Source: an uncultured Gammaproteobacteria bacterium
GTDB lineage: Bacteria > Patescibacteriota > Microgenomatia > CAYQLK01
Reading direction: 5' to 3'
DNA length: 64,000 bases
Assembly: GCA_964404855.1 (NCBI GenBank)
Contig: CAYOLO010000001.1
Span: 297,322 to 361,321, forward strand
Shown: positions 59,432 to 64,000 of the stretch, piece after piece
Position numbering within the stretch: position 1 is the stretch's first letter
How the letters are laid out: every line of letters begins with the position of its first letter
Position numbers and translations under genes: made by a program
Notes under the pieces: model-generated
Told to the model about the DNA's origin: nothing
Database searches by the model: none
What the model saw: only the letters and a program-made list of their open reading frames with translations

Positions 59432-59504
59432 GCCCTTGTAGCTCAGTGGATAGAGCGCGCCCGTCCTAAGGGTGGTGTCGGGAGTTCGATTCTCTCCAAG
59501 GGCA
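59432..59504 (+). tRNA. tRNA-Arg (anticodon CCU)
   Basis: gcccttg-ta-gctc-agtggata-gagc-g-cgccc-gtCCTaa-gggtg-gtgtc-gggag-ttcgatt-ctctc-caagggc-a. Confidence 0.75.
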
Positions 59505-59518
59505 CACATAATTATGTG

Positions 59519-59610
59519 AAGGGACACCAAGGTTTCCCTTCAGAAAGCTCTGAACTTTGCTTCGGTTTTGTAAGAAACAAAAACGCTTTCTCTTCCTTTC
59601 CTATTAGAAG
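59519..59610 (+). repeat. ~90-bp repeat element, copy 2
   Basis: gaaggga(caccaaggtt)tcccttc hairpin ...gttttgtaagaaacaaaaacgctttctcttcctttcct. Confidence 0.7.
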
Positions 59611-59629
59611 GGATAGATAATGTATTTAT

Positions 59630-60391
59630 ATGACAGGGAAAACTAAGAGAAGAAAAGATTATTTTGTGACTGTATGGGTGAGAACTTTGGGCAATTTTTT
59701 GATTTTGGGATCGGTTATTACGCTTGCCATTACATTTTGGCCAATATTATCAGCCGAGGTTAAGTACCGATTTGATGACGTTTTAGGAGTAAGGTTCGGG
59801 GTTAGTGATAATAGTACTGTCGAGGTTGAGGTTCAGAATGAAGATGAGATAAATCCAACGTCCGAGGTGGGCTTTGGTGATTTGATTGATGATGAGTCTG
59901 GTACGACATTTTCTGCAATTGTGCCTAAATCGACAAAGTTTGGAGTTGTGGTTGAAAAAATTGGTGCCAATTCAACGATTATTCCTAATATTGACCCCTC
60001 TAGTAGAACAGAGTACGAAAAAGCACTTAAGCAAGGTATAGCTCACGCAAAGGGTAGCGTATATCCTGGTCAAAAAGGTGTTTCTTTTCTTTTCTCCCAC
60101 TCGACTCAGAATGTCTGGGATGTGCCTAGATATAATGCTGTTTTTTATTTATTACGAGAGTTGGAGGTTGGTGACAGGATAATTACTTATTTTAATGATG
60201 TCAGGTACGATTATATAGTTGACGACAAGGTGGTAGTTGATGCTAACGACACTAGTTACTACAACCTTGATACTCAAGAGCCGTTACTTATTATGCAAAC
60301 CTGTGATCCGCCAGGTACGACCTGGAAAAGGCTTTTGGTTATTGCAAAGCTTGCTAATCCTGACGGAGCAAGGGTGCCTGAGAGGCTGTAA
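59630..60391 (+). CDS. second sortase-family transpeptidase (N-terminal TM; divergent TLxTC as LLIMQTCDP)
   Basis: FSHSTQN (His), GDRIITYFNDVRYDYIV, LLIMQTCDPPGTTWKRLLVIA. Confidence 0.6.
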   Translation: MTGKTKRRKDYFVTVWVRTLGNFLILGSVITLAITFWPILSAEVKYRFDDVLGVRFGVSDNSTVEVEVQNEDEINPTSEVGFGDLIDDESGTTFSAIVPKSTKFGVVVEKIGANSTIIPNIDPSSRTEYEKALKQGIAHAKGSVYPGQKGVSFLFSHSTQNVWDVPRYNAVFYLLRELEVGDRIITYFNDVRYDYIVDDKVVVDANDTSYYNLDTQEPLLIMQTCDPPGTTWKRLLVIAKLANPDGARVPERL

Positions 60392-60463
60392 GCTATAAGA
60401 AGTTGTGTTTGATGATATAATTTGGTCGTATAAAAGCATTGTAGCTGCCCAGAAAGAGGCAAA

Positions 60464-61141
60464 ATGTCGGAAAAATTAAGTTGTTCGCCACAAGTTTTAT
60501 CAGAAAAAAATATAAATAGAGTTCCGTGGAGGGTGCGTGCGTTTGCTGCGACCAGCTTGGTATTTGCCGGAGGTGCAGCGGTGAATTGCGGGGGCGGAGA
60601 GGGAGATAAGGAAGCGGTACTTGGTGCCGAGGTTACGGAAGTGCCATCACTAACTGCAACCGTTGAGATAACAAAATCTCCAACACAAAAAATTGAGGCG
60701 AGTCCCACCACGGTTCCTACAAAGGAGGCGGTTGATCCGATTACAGAGTCTTCTGCGATAAAAGCAGGTTTGGCGGAAGTTTATCAAGGGAAGATTGTGC
60801 CCCAGGGTTCCTGCTCGGTCGAAACAATAAACACTTTTATAGACCAGATGTTTGAGATTTATCAGAAAAATCCGAATAAATTTACTTTGACTGGGCAGAT
60901 TGCTACGGTTTATGCAGAACTAATCGTTATTGCAGACCATGGTAATGCTGCGGCCGGCGATTTGGCAAAAAGTTTACGGGCAGGTGTAGAAGTGTTGATT
61001 GAACAGCACCTGAAGGAACGGAACTTACCGGCATCGAATAAGGCTGAGGGTTTGGCTGCGTGGGAGCAGAATGTGGCTCGCAAGGTCGATGCTATCAAAG
61101 ACGGATCGGGTTGCGACATCGTTATTGAGAAAGCAAAGTAA
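60464..61141 (+). CDS. hypothetical membrane/lipoprotein-like protein (TM then NCGGG)
   Basis: SLVFAGGAAVNCGGGEG. The region has noticeably higher GC than the backbone. Confidence 0.45.
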   Translation: MSEKLSCSPQVLSEKNINRVPWRVRAFAATSLVFAGGAAVNCGGGEGDKEAVLGAEVTEVPSLTATVEITKSPTQKIEASPTTVPTKEAVDPITESSAIKAGLAEVYQGKIVPQGSCSVETINTFIDQMFEIYQKNPNKFTLTGQIATVYAELIVIADHGNAAAGDLAKSLRAGVEVLIEQHLKERNLPASNKAEGLAAWEQNVARKVDAIKDGSGCDIVIEKAK

Positions 61142-61186
61142 AAATCCATTGACTTGGGGGCCTTACTCGCAATAATATATTAGTAT

Positions 61187-61927
61187 ATGCGCATACTGCC
61201 CGGTTATGAGTTAAGAGGGGTGAGTGGTGCTTTGAGGTCCGAGTCCGGATCGGCAAAGCTGTACCTATTTGTCTCGGTGTTACTAGCTACTGTTTTGGTT
61301 GCGGTCGTTGCCGGACTTTGGCTGCGAGGAGGTTTCGGTCAGTCTGCGGGCACAACAGGAGTTGACGGACGGGATAATTTTGGTAGAACAGCAAATTTTC
61401 AGAAAAAAGAATTGGAGAGACAGAAAACATACTCTGGGTATGTGGCTTTATTCGAGCAATTACTGTCTGATTACAAAGTATCTCCGTCGGATAAGGCAAA
61501 AACTTTTTTGGAAGAGATAGCCGGCAGTGCTAAAAAGGATTTCCCTGGCGAATACAAAAAATCTGATTTTATAGTTCCTTGTCTGAGTGAAGGATGTATC
61601 AGTGGTGCGGAAGATGAAAAAGTTCTGGAATTGATTGCCGCTATTAAAACAAGCTCAGCTGATGAGAGACTTAAGGAACTAGTCGTAAGTGATTTAATCG
61701 GTTTGGGAAGTTATGAGTTTGTCGAGGAGGCAAAAGCTATTGGTTATTACAATCAGGCATTCGTAGCGGCGGTTTCGGTTTTGGATATGGATAAGTCAAA
61801 TAGTCGGTTGGCCGAGTCGATCGTTGATTTTGAGGAGCTGATAGCTCAAAAGTTTCCCACAAAGTACAAATATTATAAAAATTTAGAAGTTTACAGGTTG
61901 ACCAATGAAAATGCGCAGTCTCAATAG
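61187..61927 (+). CDS. hypothetical single-TM protein
   Basis: LYLFVSVLLATVLVAVVAGLWL TM. No recognisable domain. Confidence 0.45.
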   Translation: MRILPGYELRGVSGALRSESGSAKLYLFVSVLLATVLVAVVAGLWLRGGFGQSAGTTGVDGRDNFGRTANFQKKELERQKTYSGYVALFEQLLSDYKVSPSDKAKTFLEEIAGSAKKDFPGEYKKSDFIVPCLSEGCISGAEDEKVLELIAAIKTSSADERLKELVVSDLIGLGSYEFVEEAKAIGYYNQAFVAAVSVLDMDKSNSRLAESIVDFEELIAQKFPTKYKYYKNLEVYRLTNENAQSQ

Positions 61928-64000
61928 ACTTCTACTAAATGTCGTCCTTGGCGGATTTGTTTTACTTGCGGCAATTGCCATTAAGGGAGCGGTAAGTGAT
62001 GAGGTGTACGCGGTTGATAAATACGTCAGTGCGTATTTTTCTAACACTGAAAATGTTCCACTGAATGTTTATTTTGTATATCTGTACGGAAATTGTCCAA
62101 ACGTTCAGTACGACCCCAGTACGATTCCGGGGTGTTACAGAATTACCGATCCGGGCGGAATGAATTATGGATTTTTGCCGGCAGCAAACGGTTCAAGTTA
62201 CAATTGGAGGTCGGCCTATCCCGTTTTGGCGTTGGGGGAAAATCCGCCTTATTATGTGTGGTGGTATGCCACGTATCAAAGCGGAGTGCAGTGCGTTGAT
62301 CCGACTGACGGGATTCCGGCGACCGAAAACCCGCTTTTTTATCGTGTGACTATAAGTGTTAGTTGTGATTTCCCTGATTATGTTCCTCCAACAAATACAC
62401 CAACTCCAACACCACCTCTAGTTGTTTCTAGTGCAAGCGCTAATCCATATTGTTATGAGAATGATTCTAAAGTTGATTTTTCGTGGGGGCGAGTACAGTC
62501 TGGGTGGAATTATGAAGTAACATGGACAGTTATTTCTACAGGTCAAGTGTTTACACAAACTGTTGGAGACATAAGTACATTAACGGCAAATGGTTTTACT
62601 CCAGGTGTTGGCATTTCATGGTCAGTTAGACCCTATTTAGGGAGTAATATTGGACCGTCAAGATCGGGAAATAATTTTACGACTGCGACGAATGTTTGCG
62701 GCGGTGGAACACCAACAAATACACCAACTCCAACTCCATCTTCTGGTAGTTGGTCAATTACAACAAGTGAGGTTTGTTCAGCTGGGAGGGTTAATGTCAC
62801 AGTTAATTATTCAATACCATCAGGGAATCAGGGGTATTTGCAGTCGATTCAGTTTGGTTGGAGTCAATCGACATTTGGTGCACTGTCGGGAAGCGGATCG
62901 AGGGTTTATACGGGTTTGAATCAAGGGACATATTATTATGTAGCGCTAAGAAATTATTCAAGCTTGGCTATTATGGCTAATAATGGAGGAGCAACTTCAA
63001 GATCTGATTGTGGCGGGGGCACGCCGACTCCGACACCGACAACAACACCACCAAGCCCAACACCAACACTACCACCTCCTCCACCAAGTTTTAATGTAAG
63101 TTCAGATTGTGGATTTGGTGCTGCACGAATAAGAATGAGTTCTTATTCTTCAGGCTTTGTGGTTGTGTATAAAGTAATTGATACAACAACGGGTAATATG
63201 GTCGGATATTATGAGGCGGTTGGTCTTGATTATGATAACTTCACAGGACTTGCCAGTAATCGTAGATATCGTGCGGAATTTAGGAATGGGGGATCAACCG
63301 CGCCGGCAAATGCAAATGGACCAATTATTTATCAAGCTGATGTTATAACTGGAAATTGTGCTCCTCCGCCGACCGCTACTCCGACTCCTACACCTCCACC
63401 TGTGTCTTGGGATGTTAATGGGGCGGGTGAATGTTACAACTCCTCGGGTGGGGTGGTGAGGTTTAATGTTTCTGCTCCGGCTGTGTGGTATGTTGTTGAT
63501 ACTGCTTCAGGTTCAAATCCGACTTACTCTGGAAACGCTGGAACCTTTACTAATCTACTTGGTGGAGTATATCCATTTGGAGTGTCGGGAACGATTAGTT
63601 TGTATAGCGGAAGTTACAATTCTGGAGTATTGAGGGATAGTTTTTCTTACACAATACCAACTGCTGTGGCTTGTGGTGTGGCACCAACCGCTACGCCAAC
63701 ACCTACACCGGTTCCACAATCTTGGAGTATGACTGGGGCGTCTGAGTGTTGGCCTCAAACACCGCCAAGTACAGGGGGGGTTATTAGGTTTAATGTAAAT
63801 TCTACATCTAGTTGGTACATAATGAACTCTTTTTCTCCAGCCAGTTTACCTTATACCTCTGGTAGTTCTGGGAGTTATGTAAATCTTTTGGCAGGAGTGT
63901 ATTCTTTTGATGCGTCGGGAACTTTGAGTTTGTATTCTGGAACATATCCAACTGGTGTTTTGAGAGCTAGCCAAGTTTTTACTATTCCAAGCTCGACCGA
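61905..64000 (+). CDS. large secreted modular surface protein, 3' end outside the window (at least 698 aa; not in the ORF track because no stop is reached)
   Basis: Frame 3 stays open from ATG 61905 to the window end. Signal/TM RLLLNVVLGGFVLLAAIAI. Repeated ~90-aa SW...C domains separated by CGGGTPT(N)TPTPTP-type Thr/Pro linkers. Confidence 0.7.
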   Translation, partial: MKMRSLNRLLLNVVLGGFVLLAAIAIKGAVSDEVYAVDKYVSAYFSNTENVPLNVYFVYLYGNCPNVQYDPSTIPGCYRITDPGGMNYGFLPAANGSSYNWRSAYPVLALGENPPYYVWWYATYQSGVQCVDPTDGIPATENPLFYRVTISVSCDFPDYVPPTNTPTPTPPLVVSSASANPYCYENDSKVDFSWGRVQSGWNYEVTWTVISTGQVFTQTVGDISTLTANGFTPGVGISWSVRPYLGSNIGPSRSGNNFTTATNVCGGGTPTNTPTPTPSSGSWSITTSEVCSAGRVNVTVNYSIPSGNQGYLQSIQFGWSQSTFGALSGSGSRVYTGLNQGTYYYVALRNYSSLAIMANNGGATSRSDCGGGTPTPTPTTTPPSPTPTLPPPPPSFNVSSDCGFGAARIRMSSYSSGFVVVYKVIDTTTGNMVGYYEAVGLDYDNFTGLASNRRYRAEFRNGGSTAPANANGPIIYQADVITGNCAPPPTATPTPTPPPVSWDVNGAGECYNSSGGVVRFNVSAPAVWYVVDTASGSNPTYSGNAGTFTNLLGGVYPFGVSGTISLYSGSYNSGVLRDSFSYTIPTAVACGVAPTATPTPTPVPQSWSMTGASECWPQTPPSTGGVIRFNVNSTSSWYIMNSFSPASLPYTSGSSGSYVNLLAGVYSFDASGTLSLYSGTYPTGVLRASQVFTIPSST

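Overview
The window is low-GC (~38-40%), gene-dense, and has the gene content of a reduced Gram-positive-type genome, most likely a Patescibacteria/CPR-like lineage (inference). Housekeeping genes are pgk (partial), gap, rpsA, radA, a yacL-like PIN/TRAM gene, rho, a LysM-M23 peptidase, obg, leuS, a split comEC, argS, an M16 peptidase, an Atl-like alkyltransferase-like gene and ndk. RNA genes are tRNA-Ala(GGC), an rRNA unit without a 16S gene (tRNA-Ala(UGC), 23S, a protein ORF in the spacer, 5S), tRNA-Pro(CGG) on the minus strand, and tRNA-Arg(CCU) preceded by a duplicated 5' fragment. Four regions stand out. (1) A 22-kb minus-strand cluster (17092-38988) holds nine cell-envelope genes: a 2556-aa and an 1806-aa giant surface protein, three tandem secreted paralogues, two anchored proteins with a signal peptide and C-terminal TM, a small Thr/Pro-rich anchored protein, and a polytopic membrane TPR protein. 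The paralogues and the giant 2556-aa protein share a C-terminal domain and end motif, and the third paralogue is a recent mosaic. (2) Two sortases, one a 902-aa fusion next to an LPKTG substrate, plus two adjacent membrane proteins carrying a conserved TATVRADTGDP motif before a C-terminal TM and basic tail, which looks like a sorting signal. (3) A small integrative element (about 54.0-58.9 kb) with an Erm-like rRNA adenine methyltransferase and a large serine recombinase whose 3' end overlaps tRNA-Pro, sitting next to an array of repeated terminator-like modules after the 5S gene. (4) Several repeat structures: a 43-bp tandem terminator repeat after pgk, a (GAACC)7 microsatellite, 90-bp repeats flanking the tRNAs, and consensus TTGACA-17-TATAAT promoters. 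No CRISPR array or defence genes were recognised.
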